A stretch of 63,958 nt of DNA, the filler included, from Lenisia limosa (taxonomy: Eukaryota > Protista > Breviatea), in NCBI GenBank assembly GCA_001655205.1. It is 15 parts of 15 records of this genome, joined end to end, with 100 filler letters (N's around TTAATTAATTAA, not from the genome) between each part and the next. Parts side by side here need not be neighbours in the genome. Positions count along the whole stretch, not along the records: positions 1 to 2,233 come from LPNZ01003282.1; positions 2,334 to 13,556 come from LPNZ01011325.1; 13 more parts are not named here. The stretch is one strand, 5' to 3'. Each line of letters begins with the position of its first letter. Positions within the stretch are counted from its first letter, which is position 1. The notes beneath the pieces are model-generated. The model saw only the letters and a list, made by a program, of their open reading frames with translations, did not search any database and was not told the DNA's origin. Below, piece after piece: positions 1-12,566 of the stretch. Made by a program: the position numbers and the translations under genes.

Positions 1-2233
1 GGTCACTTCTGCACGGGTGAATATTAGAACGGGTTAATTATGGGAGTAAATAAAACGGAGCAAAAAAAACCACTATTGGAGATGGAATCTGGCAATTTTT
101 AATGACAAACCTTGCCGAGGGTGAGTACGGATTGCTGGAGGTCAAAAGCCGCCCCGGTTGCTTCCATTAGTTTGGACCAGTGGCGCGGCCGCAGAGCCTC
201 GGATTTCAGGTCTNNNNNNNNNNNNNNNNNNNNNNNNNNNNNNNNNNNNNNNNNNNNNNNNNNNNNNNNNNNNNNNNNNNNNNNNNNNNNNNNNNNNNNN
301 NNNNNNNNNNNNNNNNNNNNNNNNNNNNNNNNNNNNNNNNNNNNNNNNNNNNNNNNNNNNNNNNNNNNNNNNNNNNNNNNNATCCTTAAGCGGGATGAAG
401 AAGAATTGCTCTATTCAAACGTACTGGTTACCCCCTTACCGCTGAAGAGAGGAAGTGACGCCTTGAAGGAGGACAACTGATTGTCAATCTGCTTCAACGG
501 AGCGGAGGCCTTCATAACCTGGTTCGTTAATGGCAATGTCCTTCAGATCTACATAGTATATATATATATATATATATATATATGCATATACATGTATATA
601 TACTATACACAATGACCGGGATAAGTCTTGACTGATTTTCCTTGGGAAATCACATAGCAAATAGATCAGGTAAGACTTATCCCGGTCACTGTATAATATA
701 CATGATAAATGATATGTGTTTGTACATTTCAAAGAAAAAGAAAAGCAGAAGGATAAAACGTATCGGACCTTAAACAGTTTCTTGAGCCTGGTGCTGAAGA
801 CCTCAGAAGCCTTCGACAGAACCGTCAGATCAAGATCGCTCCAGAGGGTGGTTGACCACTCACTGAGGGCTGTTTTCACGTCCGTGTATAGCGCATAAAC
901 CTGGGGGGGGGGGTAGAAAGAGTTAGCTAAGTAACTAGTTAATAGCATCATAAGTCCAACAAAGCCGAGGTCGTACTATAAAGTGTACAGACCCAAGACC
1001 CTACCTGCTCCAATTGGGCAAGCTCAGTGGTGACGTACGTGAGATCCGGGCATGCAGTGACCGCAAGATTGAAGAGTCTTTGTGCCACAACCAGTTGCTC
1101 CCTACGACTGTGCATATCCTCTGCTGCGGTGAGACCATGGGAAATAGTATCATGTGGGTGTATAATGTGATATGATACATATGTTGGGCTTCCCTACGGT
1201 GGGAAAAAGACCGTGATAATATTAATATTTACCGAGGATTTATCGAGAGACATGTTTGACACATTTGTTACTTAAAAATGAGATCGACCTCGGATAATAA
1301 AAAAACAATCCTGATCAAATACCGCAAGTACCAAAGCCTCATACCAAGTTTGGCTTTGAACGTCTCCAGGATTTTGAGCCCATCATCAAGGTCAAGACCG
1401 GAGCCACCGGGACCGCTCTCCTCAAAGTTCAACCGGAACGCAGCAGCCTCCTTCAGGAACTCAACAACCTGGCGGGAGGGGGGATGAGTGGTTCCAAAGG
1501 GACCAGGAACAACAAGGCACAGAAGTGTCAGAGAGGAGTTGAGATTGCTAACCTGGGTGGTGGTGGTGTTGGCGAATTTGATTTTAGTCGCGACGAGAGT
1601 AGTGTCGACTCTCCGGGCCTGGGTGACCAGACACTGCCACTTGAAGCCCAGGGTTGTGACCAATGCTAAAGTGGTTAACACGATGAGCTACGCTGCAAAA
1701 CGGTCCAATCTGCATGACAATACCTTGCTCAGTGGGGTCAATATGAACGTCGTACAGCGCCCGGGTGCGGTAGCGCTCAGCAAGGTCGCGGTGGATGGCT
1801 TCGCGATGTCCACTCCCGGCCCGGACATTGTCAATAACCTGGGGGCGGTGAAATGCTTGTCTGGGGGAGGAGAGTATATTATATTGCACTTCACACAAAA
1901 CAAAACACTGCCAAAAAAAACGCGATCAGTGTACACATTGTTGAAATCTCAAACACGTACTTGAAGGACGAATTTGAGGTCCTTGAGGGTGCGTGGGATT
2001 GTCAATAAATCCCTGAAAGTTGTGAGGACATCGAACAAATATGACTACGAAATGGCAATTACAATGATAAAACTCCCAGTATAGCAGCACTCATGATATT
2101 CTCCAACTGATTAGCTAAAACCCACGAGGCCAGAGTCTCCAGTTCCTTGCTCTGCAGAAGGGCGAGCTCGACAGTGGATACTCTGAGAGACTCTGCCACC
2201 GCATTGATCCATTCCCGAGCCTCACTCCGAACG
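1..2233 (-). CDS. Axonemal dynein heavy chain, internal fragment (DHC_N2 tail region; inner-arm DHC1/DNAH10-like), about 9 exons, open at both ends
   Basis: GT-AG spliced exons join in frame: VRSEAREWINAVAESL / DLLTIPRTLKDLKFVLQ / VIDNV...DLAERYRTRALYDV / KWQCLVTQARRVDTTLVATKIKF / VVEFLKEAAAFRLNFEESGPGGSGLDLDDGL / EQLVVAQRLFNL / VYALYTDVKTALSEWSTTLWSDLD...RLKKLFK / VMKASAPLKQIDNQLSSFKASLPLFS / DLKSEALRPRHWSKLMEATG. The LK.EALR.RHW motif is characteristic of dynein heavy chains. Confidence 0.9.
610..691. mobile_element. MITE family B copy beside a (TA)n tract in a dynein intron (others at ~22300-22372, ~60229-60293, ~61297-61370, ~62215-62296; subfamily at ~10428-10506 and ~43494-43566)
   Basis: CAATGACCGGGATAAGTCTTG...AAGACTTATCCCGGTCACTG|TA; internal ttttccttgggaaatcacatagcaaat is shared among copies. 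Confidence 0.85.
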
Positions 2234-2277
2234 NNNNNNNNNNNNNNNNNNNNNNNNNNNNNNNNNNNNNNNNNNNN

Positions 2278-2289
2278 TTAATTAATTAA
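2278..2289. other. Artificial contig-joining linker TTAATTAATTAA (stops in all six frames) flanked by 44 N on each side; 14 copies
   Basis: Identical 12-mer between N blocks at 2278, 13601, 19135, 24834, 30273, 34319, 35538, 38586, 50666, 52620, 55457, 58248, 60411 and 61699. Genes break off at these points. Confidence 0.97.
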
Positions 2290-2341
2290 NNNNNNNNNNN
2301 NNNNNNNNNNNNNNNNNNNNNNNNNNNNNNNNNATCCTCAC

Positions 2342-3130
2342 CGAAATAACACAATCTTTGATAGATCTCCCTGCCTGTGCCGTTGCGTGGGCACGACTTT
2401 TGCCGAGGATCATTCCCGCTACTTCTTCAGGGCTCAAAGGACGGTCCACTCCAGGCACATTAAACTGTGCCACAGAACGGTCGTCCTATTAGGTGACAAA
2501 GTTGTAAAAATACAACACCTATTGAAAAAAAAAAAAAAAAAAANNNNNNNNNNNNNNNNNNNNNNNNNNNNNNNNNNNNNNNNNNNNNNNNNNNNNNNNN
2601 NNNNNAGAGTATCAATGCAATAAAAACGCTTCAAACCTCAGTAATGTTGAACATAAACGATGACGTATTAATTTCGGACAGGGGAACTCCAAGAAAGCCT
2701 TTGATGCCCTCAATGACATTTTGAGGCGACTTGGTCAGCTGAAACAAGGTTATTCAAATAGCTAATTGATCTCCAGGTGAAGAAGGCCCCTGACGGAAGC
2801 TCAACGGAAAACAAACAGACAACAGAGATAAGAGAACGGATAATTGCCGTGGATTTCAGGTCATACATGAAGAGCAGCTGCGTCTGAGAAGGCTCTTTCT
2901 TCCCCAAAGCCAATCATGTTGGGCGACTTGCGACGAGAAGACTCATTTTCGACAATATCAATAGGTGCACCAGTTTGGGCCATGGCTACCTGTTATCCAG
3001 GTTAGAACAGATTCTTGTATTTTGGGAACTATACCTTGATCCATTTTGACCCAAAGTCGATGCCAATCAATGACCCAGACGTTAAGTACACAAGGGTACT
3101 TAACAGGAGGGCTAAAATAAAGAACCTCAT
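2342..3130 (-). CDS. HYOU1: HYOU1/Grp170 (ER Hsp70-superfamily chaperone), 5' part
   Basis: ATG at 3130 gives a signal peptide and MRFFILALLLSTLVYLTSGSLIGIDFGSKWIK / VAMAQTGAPIDIVENESSRRKSPNMIGFGEERAFSDAAA / PQNVIEGIKGFLG / LSPEEVAGMILGKSRAHATAQAGRSIKDCVIS. These match Hsp70-fold motifs (IDxGSxWIKVA, ESxRKxP, SPEE...IKDxVI). Confidence 0.85.
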
Positions 3131-3324
3131 ATTAGTGAACAAAGTACAGGACTAATTTTCCTATTTAGCTTGAAATACACATTTACTACGTTAATTTGAG
3201 TGTTATTCTGGAACAATTCTGGAATGATTTCAAAAAAAAGGTGAAAAGGCGAGTGGCGCGAGCGCGAACGCAACTTTCTTTTCTGTGGCGTTTTTGGCCA
3301 GAGAATGGCCTCTTTTGATTATAA
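3131..3324. promoter_or_regulatory. 194-bp divergent (probably bidirectional) promoter region between HYOU1 and gcvPA
   Basis: Head-to-head ATGs at 3130 (-) and 3325 (+). Inferred from geometry only. Confidence 0.55.
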
Positions 3325-6300
3325 ATGCTCTCTGCAGTTAGATCAATTAGCCAAGTTGGCCGTCTGGCCTCAACTCGCGGTTTTGCCACCGCCTCAGCCT
3401 TTACTCACCGTTTCCTTCCGCATAACCAGGAAACCCGTTCAGATATGCTCGAAACTATCGGTGCTGAGTCTGTTGAAGAGCTCTTCAAGGATATTCCCGG
3501 TTTGAATCACATCTCTTCTCAAAATTTCTGATTAACTTTGCAGAAGACGTTCGCTTTCGTGGTGATATTGGACTTCCTAACGCCAAAGTTTGTTCTACCG
3601 GCATTCAAGAGCTTGATCTTACCAATTAGTCCGAGGCTGAAGTTTGCCGTGCTATGATGGACCTCTCTGCCAAGAACATGCCCGCTTCTTCTGCTCCTTT
3701 CTTTTGTGGCGCCGGCTACTACCGTCACCACGTGTAGGGCAGTGGTTCTCTCAATCTTTATGGGATCATGATCAATGACGACATCTAGTTTGAATCGTTT
3801 CAATTAAATGGACTCACTTTAACAGCCCGGCTGCTGTGGATCATCTCATCCAGCGCTCAGAATTCCTCACTGCTTACACTCCATACCAGCCTGTATGTTA
3901 TGAAAGCCTGCTTTATTTACTATATTCAGCAAAATGAGTTTTTTGGCGGGGTTTTTTCGATCCAAATAATATAATAATTGTCACAGGAGGTATCGCAAGG
4001 AACTCTCCAGGGCATTTACGAATTCCAAACCCAGGTTGCTCTTCTCTCGGGCATGGATGTGGTATGTGGAATGGAAAAGCGGGAGGTAACTACTAGTAGT
4101 GTATCATTATTTAGGATAGTATTATTCTATAAAGCCTTTGATGAAGCTGTGTGTGCAGAGTTGTCAGGCAAATGATTGGATGGACTCTACTATAATTCAA
4201 TATCTTAGAAGCGTGATGGTGTGGACGGCTTNNNNNNNNNNNNNNNNNNNNNNNNNNNNNNNNNNNNNNNNNNNNNNNNNNNNNNNNNNNNNNNNNNNNN
4301 NNNNNNGCTAGTGAAGGAACCGAATATACATGAGCCACATTCAAAGTAGAAACATTGTATAAATGAGCCACACTCAAAATATATAGGCTAACGCCTCAAT
4401 GTACGATGGAGCTACCGCCACTGCTGAAGCCGTTTTGATGGCGAGAAGGTGAGTTGTGGAATCCGCTGTACAAATATGCAGTTCTGTTGGCCTTTTTATC
4501 TTACGATTGACTTATCTAAATAGACTGAACAAGAAGCCTAAGGTTGTTGTTGCACCTACTCTCCACCCCCACTACTTCCTTACTCTTGAGACTGCAACTT
4601 CTGTTGGCGGGATTATATTGTTACTGAAATTGCAATTTTGGCGTTTATAACACTTCTAGCAACACACCGCCAACTTTGACATCGTGACTTCTGCACCCGA
4701 GGTGGGGAGTAGTATATTCTTCTTATGATAATTAATAATGGTAGAACTGACGGTGATTTTGGGAATCTTAGTCTTTTTTTAGGTGTGCCATGACCCCAAC
4801 AGTCTGGCTGAAAAGGTTGACAAAGACACCTCTTGTGTGGTTGTCCAGAACCCCGACATCTTCGGCCGCGTCCATGTTTGGGGTTAAATATGATGAGCTC
4901 CGATTTAAAAACGTACTTTAAGGCTCACATTTATTGAGTTACCTCACGGACCCACAGGACCTTCGTCCTCTTGCTGCAAAATGCAAGGAAAACAAGACCC
5001 AGCTCATTGTTGCTGTTAATGAGGTAAGTAGGTTCGGAGTATTAGCCTCCCCTCACTTTGTTTTTTAAAATAATATATATATAGGTAGTTTCTCTTGGAA
5101 TGGTTGCCTCACCAGGAGCAATGGGTGCTGACATCTTTGTTGGTGAAGGTTGGCTTGGTGTGTGGAGGCGTTTGATCCTGTGCACAATGTTCAAATGCTA
5201 ATTTATTTTTCATGACAATTTTCTGTTTGGAATTATTATCTCCATCTTCAACCTCTCAGGCCAGAGTCTTGGGGCTGGTCTTAACTTTGGTGGTCCGTCA
5301 TGCGGACTCATGGCCACTAGTCAAAAGAATATGCGCCAACTCCCTGGAAGGTTGGGGGGGGGGGACAAGGTTTCAGCATTCACAAAGGATGCTGGTTTGT
5401 TGTGATAGTTGTAGTTTTAAATGTAAAGGAGGGATTATCCCTTTCTTATCCACTAGGCTTGTTGGTGAGACAGTTGACGCTGATGATGAGAGATGCTTTG
5501 TACTCACAATGTCCACTAGAGAACAGGTACGATTCCTCTTATATTTGTGACTCCCTATGTTTGTGTGTATGTGGAGGGAAGGGGGGTAATTTCAGTGATA
5601 AGAGTGGTGGAATTCAATTTGAATTTGGCAACTTGTATGCTTGTGCTCTTTTTTCTTTTGCTTTTTTATGACTGCGTCTATTGCTCACGAACTACAGCAT
5701 ATTCGCCGTGAAAAGGCTACCTCTAACATTTGTACTTCTGCTGGTTAGGGGGCAAATATCATCTGGCTGAAGCCGCCGACACCTCCACGCTTATAAGAGA
5801 TTTTGGATTATAGAGTCTTAATTCACCCAATTACGTACACACAGCTTTCTGTGTGTCTCCAGCATGATATCATCTAGTAATATCATTTATAATTTTATAA
5901 AAAGTTCATCTTGTACTAGAAGTACAACTAATAAAGCATATTATACATATTATTAGAATAGATATACATTGTAAGTATATCATATTATATCGTATCATAT
6001 CTTACTGCATGTTGTAATCTCTCCCTTTAGCCCCCTCCCCCCCTTTACCCGTAACAAATACCAGGTATCATGGGGCTTGCGTTCTCGATGCACCTCACAA
6101 TGCTCGGAGAAGCAGGCTTCAGAAAACTTGCTTTGACCAATCACCATCGCGCCCATACACTCTTTAACGCTATTGATAAGGTGGGAGTGAGGTTCCTGTG
6201 TGTGCACATCTTATCCAGCATAAATTTCCCATTGTTTGGGCTTTACTGTCTCACCACGTTAGGAAGTTCCTGCGGTTTCCATTATGAACAACAACTTCTT

Positions 6301-6662
6301 TAACGAGATCACTCTTCGCCTTCCTGAGGGTATCAAGGCAACCGAGGTGACAAAGGGAGGCAATCCTTGTTAATTTATTTGCTCTCATAGAACGTTCTCA
6401 ACTGCCTGTTTTCACTACTCAGCTCGTTGAGCACCTCTCCAAGGATGACGTTCTTGCTGGTGTTCCCGGTGGTCGTCTATGGGAAGAGCCCGAGGTGGGA
6501 GGGGGGGAGGGAGGCATGATTGTTTTGACTCTTGGAAGTTGAACATATTAAGACTGTCAGTTCACTTCCTAGATGGACCAATTCCTCCTTTGTGCAGCCA
6601 CCGAGACCACTACTGATGAGGACATTTCCTCCCTTTGCTCCGCTCTCAAAAAGGCTCTTTAA
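3325..6662 (+). CDS. gcvPA: Glycine cleavage system P-protein subunit 1 (stand-alone P1/alpha) with N-terminal mitochondrial-type presequence; about 18 exons, complete
   Basis: Spliced product: [194 protein letters not shown] at 6660-6662, where bacterial GcvPA ends. Confidence 0.95.
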
Positions 6663-7535
6663 CTTTCCATTTCTTCCTGGTTTCTTTCCATGTCACAATA
6701 TCTGATTTCTTGGTTTTCTCATGACTGCTCAGTAAAACACACATAGTACATTGGGGGAACCTTTACGATTTACAAACCACTTGGGGAACCTACAATGTGA
6801 AATTGAAAAAAAAAAAAAAATGAAAAAAAAAAAAAAATCCNNNNNNNNNNNNNNNNNNNNNNNNNNNNNNNNNNNNNNNNNNNNNNNNNNNNNNNNNNNN
6901 NNNNNNNNNNNNNNNNNNNNNNNNNNNNNNNNNNNNNNNNTCCAATATACTATATAATGATATTGTAAAAGTGTTTTCTCATGGGGTCGGGCCAACACCT
7001 ATGGGGTATGGGGTCAGCTGGTAAAATATTCTATACAATATAGATAAGATATGCATATACTTAAGATTTCAATTCTGATGTAAATGAGAGTTCACCGATT
7101 GAAGTTGTTAAACTATCAGAAATTCGTGATATTACGGATTTTCCATTGGTAATGTACAATTATATCGAAAAGTTAGACTGTTTTAGAAAAACAACGGAAA
7201 TTTTGAAAATAAATATAATACGATATAATAGAGTATATCATATTTTTCTTATATATATAATATGCATATAGTATAATATATATGATATATATAATATATT
7301 AGTATATCATATAGTATATCTATATCATATATCTTCATAGGGTCTGAAGCCTGAAATCACGCTTTTAAACACGCTTTTTTTTCATGGGGTCAGGCCAAAA
7401 AACTTATAGTAGTATATGATTTTTTATTTCCCACCCAAAGGATTATTGATATTTATGCTTCAATAAACGTCCTGTTTTGGGAGCCAAAAAAACTGAGATA
7501 TGAGTTACGTGTACTTTTATTACTTTTTCATCATT

Positions 7536-10500
7536 TCACCACTCACTTGAAGGAGGTGATTCAACCAAAGCAGTTTTGGGCTCCTTCGGTGAGAGAAATC
7601 CACATATACAAAGAAGAAAACTGAAGAACACAGATACACCTAAAATGTGAAAAGAGTTGATCTATCTGAGAAGTTACAGAACCTACCTCCAGCAAAAAGA
7701 ACAGAGGCGACGTTGTCACTAAACATTCGCTGTGAAGACATGAGAAAGGACAAGGTATTAAAATGATATTCTAAGGAGGAGAGTGGGGGGGGGGGGGNNN
7801 NNNNNNNNNNNNNNNNNNNNNNNNNNNNNNNNNNNNNNNNNNNNNNNNNNNNNNNNNNNCAGTACCATCATTTGACCAGCTGTAAGCGCCACAATAATCT
7901 CTGGAAGGCACTATATGGTAAGTTGTTGGGAACTTGTATTATACACTAATTTACTGTGAGTCAGAACTCACAAAAGTTGAGACTTAGGCGACAAAATCCA
8001 ACAGAACAAAAAAGTGCCCTCCTTACAATAAAGATGTTAAATGTTGAGAATGTGAGTGCTGCGTTTGGGGAGTTTGACTCAACTAAATTATTAAACCCCA
8101 TTAATCAATATAATGAAAAATGGCTGAGTTTGGCTGGAACACTGTCACATCCATCACCCCAAACAACTCACCAAGAGATTGCCCCACAAGGGCAAACGGA
8201 ATAGTCATTGTGCTAATAAGTTAATGTAGAAAGGATATATCCAATGCAGATACATTACTTTGAATAAATTCCAAAATTCCCCGCTCACCAAGCCCATGGG
8301 ATACCAAGTACAGCAATGCACTAGAAATGAGTAAGCTCAGACTCCAAATAGCACAAAGAAGATTTAAGATATTCCTGAAACTAGTATTAACATATCATTA
8401 TCATTTTGACTATAATAATATGTGTTTCAAAAGCACCAATTATGATAAAATGGTGTCCTACACATAATGCCTCCTGTTTGGTTGTGATCCAAGGGGTGGA
8501 TAATAGTGCAACAGAATGGATTAACTAAAGAGGGTAAACATAGCAACTTATGTAATCAATCAACTGAAGATGAAAATAGCATTATTTTGAAGTAGATGGT
8601 ATTCTACCAGACCTCCCTACCATAGCTGCGGTGTAAACAAATTTAGGTCCTGTCCATTTGATGAGGAAAGGCTGGATGGTAGAAAACACAAGACAGACAA
8701 TTGCCTGGGTAACGGTAAGAGGGGTAAAGCAGGTAGGACCTTGTGCACTTAATCTCTTTCTTTTTAACATTTTCCACTTTTAATTCAATTCAAATACAAG
8801 GGTTCATATGATAAGCACACCTGAAAAAAGAGTCCNNNNNNNNNNNNNNNNNNNNNNNNNNNNNNNNNNNNNNNNNNNNNNNNNNNNNNNNNNNNNNNNN
8901 NNNNNNNNNNNNNNNNNNNNNNNNNNNNNNNTACGTTGTAGTTCTCAAGTTCTTCCGAACCTTCTTTGCCATGAAGGTTGCCCTTGAACACGTTCTCACC
9001 GACAAACTCCTGAAACCATAATTAAATAGTCAAAAACTTATACAGGAGGATATAAAAGAGAATATTCTGTGACCTACCGTAGTATACATGAACGTAGTAA
9101 ACCACGATAGCCAGACAAACACCTAAATATGATGAAAACTACTTTTTGGACCCATCTTTAACTTCTCCCCACTTGAATATAGCTCAGTCGCTTAATTTTC
9201 TTTGGTAGTGTCTTCCAGCAGCGCCAACACGCGGTATAAACCTCCCACAACGAAGAAGGATCAGCTAATCTGTGACTACATGGTTTCCAAAAAGGTCAAC
9301 ATGTGGTACCTGTCCCAGAAAATCACAGTGTAATTTCACGAAAAAAATTCAGATTGAAAGTATATAAATGTCGAAACTTCCAATCTGACAACTTTGAAGT
9401 GAAATTTTCCGTTTCTTCTTCACAAATGTAAGTGTCCCGCCCACTAGCTACATAACTGCACTACTCTTACATAATGCTGTAGTCGGAAATTCTTCAATAG
9501 GAGATTCACTTCTCGTATCTTCATCGTTTACAGTCGACCCATCCACGTCGTCATTTCTGATGGCTTGGTAGGTCGAATTACGGGGCTCTGACGTTGAGAA
9601 GATTGTGATCGACACCAAAACACTAACCAAGATGCAGCCAAGGGTATAGAGGGCTCTAGTATATCAGATGCGCGAAGAAACGCAAAAAAAAATATCAGTA
9701 TAAGATATGATTTATGGTCACATAATATGCTTCGTTGGTATTCAATGCTAAACTCACTTTACATCGTCAGGAAACATTGGAAGGAGAGAAGAGTAGTCCA
9801 GGGACCCCAGATAGTAGGCCACTAAATTTCCAATTCCTGTCATTGCAGCAAAGAATGAGTTTCCCATCTAAACATGATGATGAACAGCAAAAAATGATTG
9901 TGATACGAAAAAAAACAATTGAAAACTAACCTGCAATTGACTTGAAGGTGCAATATCTGCTAAGAGTGTTCTGCAAGGACCTACATTCCGATATAAAGGA
10001 GATAGTATACAATAATCTAAAAGGCCCTCACAAAAAATAACATTTTTAAAAAAATGGTACGACTAATCATACCTTGAATGAGGTTGATCGCTCCATCAAG
10101 AAGCCAAAACGCCGAAATTGCAACCCCTAGTCCGATAGAACCCTTTGTGGCTTTTCCAATCTGAAGAGGAAGACTTTGCTCAATATTCAATTATATTGGT
10201 AATAATCAATCCCCTCCACTCCTTTCTAAAAATAACAATTCCCACATACATAATCAGCCCAAGCAAAAAGCTGAAGTCCTACAACTACCAAAAAAATGCC
10301 TGCCGTCATAAAGCGTCGTCTGCGTCCCCACCCCTGTGTATAAATAACTAAAATGACATATACTATATAATATATATACCATATATATCATATGCATAAT
10401 AATATATATCATATATAGTATATCTACAATACAATGACCACGATAAGTCCTGATATGACTGACAAAAGAAAAAGCTCAATATCTATGTCGGGACTTATCG

Positions 10501-10975
10501 CAGTAAGTATACATGAATATCGATACCTGAGAAAAGAAGCATCAGGAAAATTGAAATTATAACATACTTCGAAAATAATATTGAGGTAGAAAACACAGAG
10601 ACTTGCAAAAAGAAGGGTAACAAACAAAAAGAAGGGTAACAAACCTTAATTTTATCACTCCACAGTCCAATAAGAGGGGCTATTGTCATGCCAGCAACTG
10701 GTCCTAGAAAAAATAATTTATTGGGAGAGACAGACACGAATTTCGAGAGATCCTCACCAGCCAGCCATGCCATTGATGATGCCTCTTGACCCATGCCCAG
10801 CTGGCGCAATACCGTGGTCTAATAAGTTAAAAAAAAGTCTGATTTAAAGCAAAAGCCAGTAATAGTGATTGAGCAATAACACCAACCGTAAAGACAAAGG
10901 AAACTGCCCATGCGGCTGTCACACCACACATACTAAAGGAAGTAAACTTGGGACCCGCCACACACCCATGCTTCC
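7536..10975 (-). CDS. SLC45/sucrose-transporter (SUT/SUC)-like MFS sugar:H+ symporter; start codon not resolved
   Basis: Exons: SMCGVTAAWAVSFVFT / TVLRQLGMGQEASSMAWLAG / PVAGMTIAPLIGLWSDKIK / GWGRRRRFMTAG / AISAFWLLDGAINLIQ / GPCRTLLADIAP / MGNSFFAAMTGIGNLVAY / VWLSWFTTFMYTT / EFVGENVFKG / IAVLGIPW / IPFALVG. TGA at 7536-7538. Family motifs include G-W-S-D, GRRR and QGPCRxLLAD. Confidence 0.85.
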
Positions 10976-12566
10976 GGTCATTCAAAAACTACTCAACTTA
11001 CCTGATTGTCAGGAGGAAAAAACTTAAGAAACTTAGATGATTTCGACTTGTCATATTTTACGGGAAGAAAGTCACTAAAAAGAATGAAATAAACTAACAC
11101 TTTTTCTAAAAGAGCTGTTCTGGTAAACCACATCCCACCAGTCAGTCAAATAATGCGACCCTTCCTCTTACTACCCTAAAGGGTGAAAAGTAAATGATTT
11201 ATTTTTTCATAATAAAAAAACTTGGTGATGGAAATCAACGGAGAAGATGGAAGCCAAAGTGGTGTTGACTGGTGTGAGAAGGAAGGAACGAGTATATATG
11301 AGGAAAGGCCAAGTAAGTGTACGAAAATCAACCAGACTTCACAAATCCGACTTACTCCAAGACTGTGGTCCTTAGGCTGTGCAACACACCTCCCAGGTGG
11401 TAGATAAGGAAGGCATGAGGTTGTGTGCGGTGGGGATAGACGAAGGAGAGAGGAAGGAAAGGGGAGTGGAAATAGAGTTTTTTTTTGAGCAAGTTTTTTA
11501 ATCTGTTTTTAAGGTTTTGTCCGGGTTTTGTTGACGCGGGGGGCAGCGGGATTGAACTAACTGTGAACTTTAATGCATCAAATAATCTGGGGTATGTTCA
11601 CCCTAGAAACAACAAAGTCTCTGATTGTGCATGGGCACTCTGGACCCCTAAAATCTCCCCTTGAGTTTGACACACGTCGCTCGGAGCCCCTGGAGGGTAC
11701 AGGGTCGAGAAGACCATAGTCAGAGCACTTTTGACGAAGACAATATTATCAAAGATATTGCTGTTGACTACAATTAAAAATGTTCTGTAGCTGCATTACC
11801 CAACTATCAGCAGCACCTTAGTAGACAGACGGTTTCAGCAGAGTGCACACTACTCACAAATGAATGTCCTAAGTGGTGACTTATGCGGGAGAGCAAACAA
11901 AAAACAACAATATCTGCTCAAAAAGACTTATTTAAACAAGATTTTTCTCAGAGCATGCCTAAAGATATCCAATAAGTGATAATAATTTCACTTCTTTGAG
12001 AAAACTGGAGCAAAAAAAAGAGAACAGAAATGGTCACTTCAGGGTAAGAAGAGAAAGAAAGAGCAGGAGGAGAGCGCCATTCAGGTATCACATTTTCATC
12101 TTATGACTTTTTTTATGAACATACTAGCTGAATCAGGAGGGTATGAGCTGAAGAGGCTTCAAAGAGGCTTTGTAGGGAAGACAACCTTCAAATGTTGCGT
12201 CCTTCCTCAGTCTCCTTCCCTGATATGATATCTATATAATCTAAATTATTAATTAAGAAGGCTACAGAGGCGTATTTTGCCATACCTATGTTTCTCAGTA
12301 GTACCTTTCAGACCCCATATCAGTCCATGGAAAACATCAATTTTGCAATCGTCTTCTGATTTCGTACTTTTGGATATATATAAATACATGACTGAGAAGC
12401 GGTGTTTGGATTATTCTGAGGATGATGGAAAATCGGCGAAATAAGGGGGTAAAAAGGGGGTATAAATACTGGTACAATAGGGGGGTGAACTCGCCATTGA
12501 GAGAAAAATTATAAAAATCAAAAAAATTTAAAAAATTCTCCTTAAATTCTCACAGGTTAATTGACT

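Noticed and set aside
484-951. 155-aa ORF-track entry and many similar ORFs spanning N runs or introns
   Set aside because: They are exon-plus-intron read-throughs or are held open by N. Real coding parts were assigned to spliced genes.
5860-5880. CTAG after the family-C hairpin as a Helitron 3' end
   Set aside because: It is present in this copy only; the copies at ~14845, ~16620 and ~52930 lack it.
7215-7345. AT-rich atatcatatagtat tracts (also ~5930, ~10360, ~21690, ~30170, ~52880) as another element family
   Set aside because: They are low-complexity with no definable ends and cannot be separated from simple-repeat drift by eye.
11560-12420. Possible small gene between the transporter and transhydrogenase
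   Set aside because: There are short open stretches on both strands, but I could not build a consistent splice model or recognise any homology.
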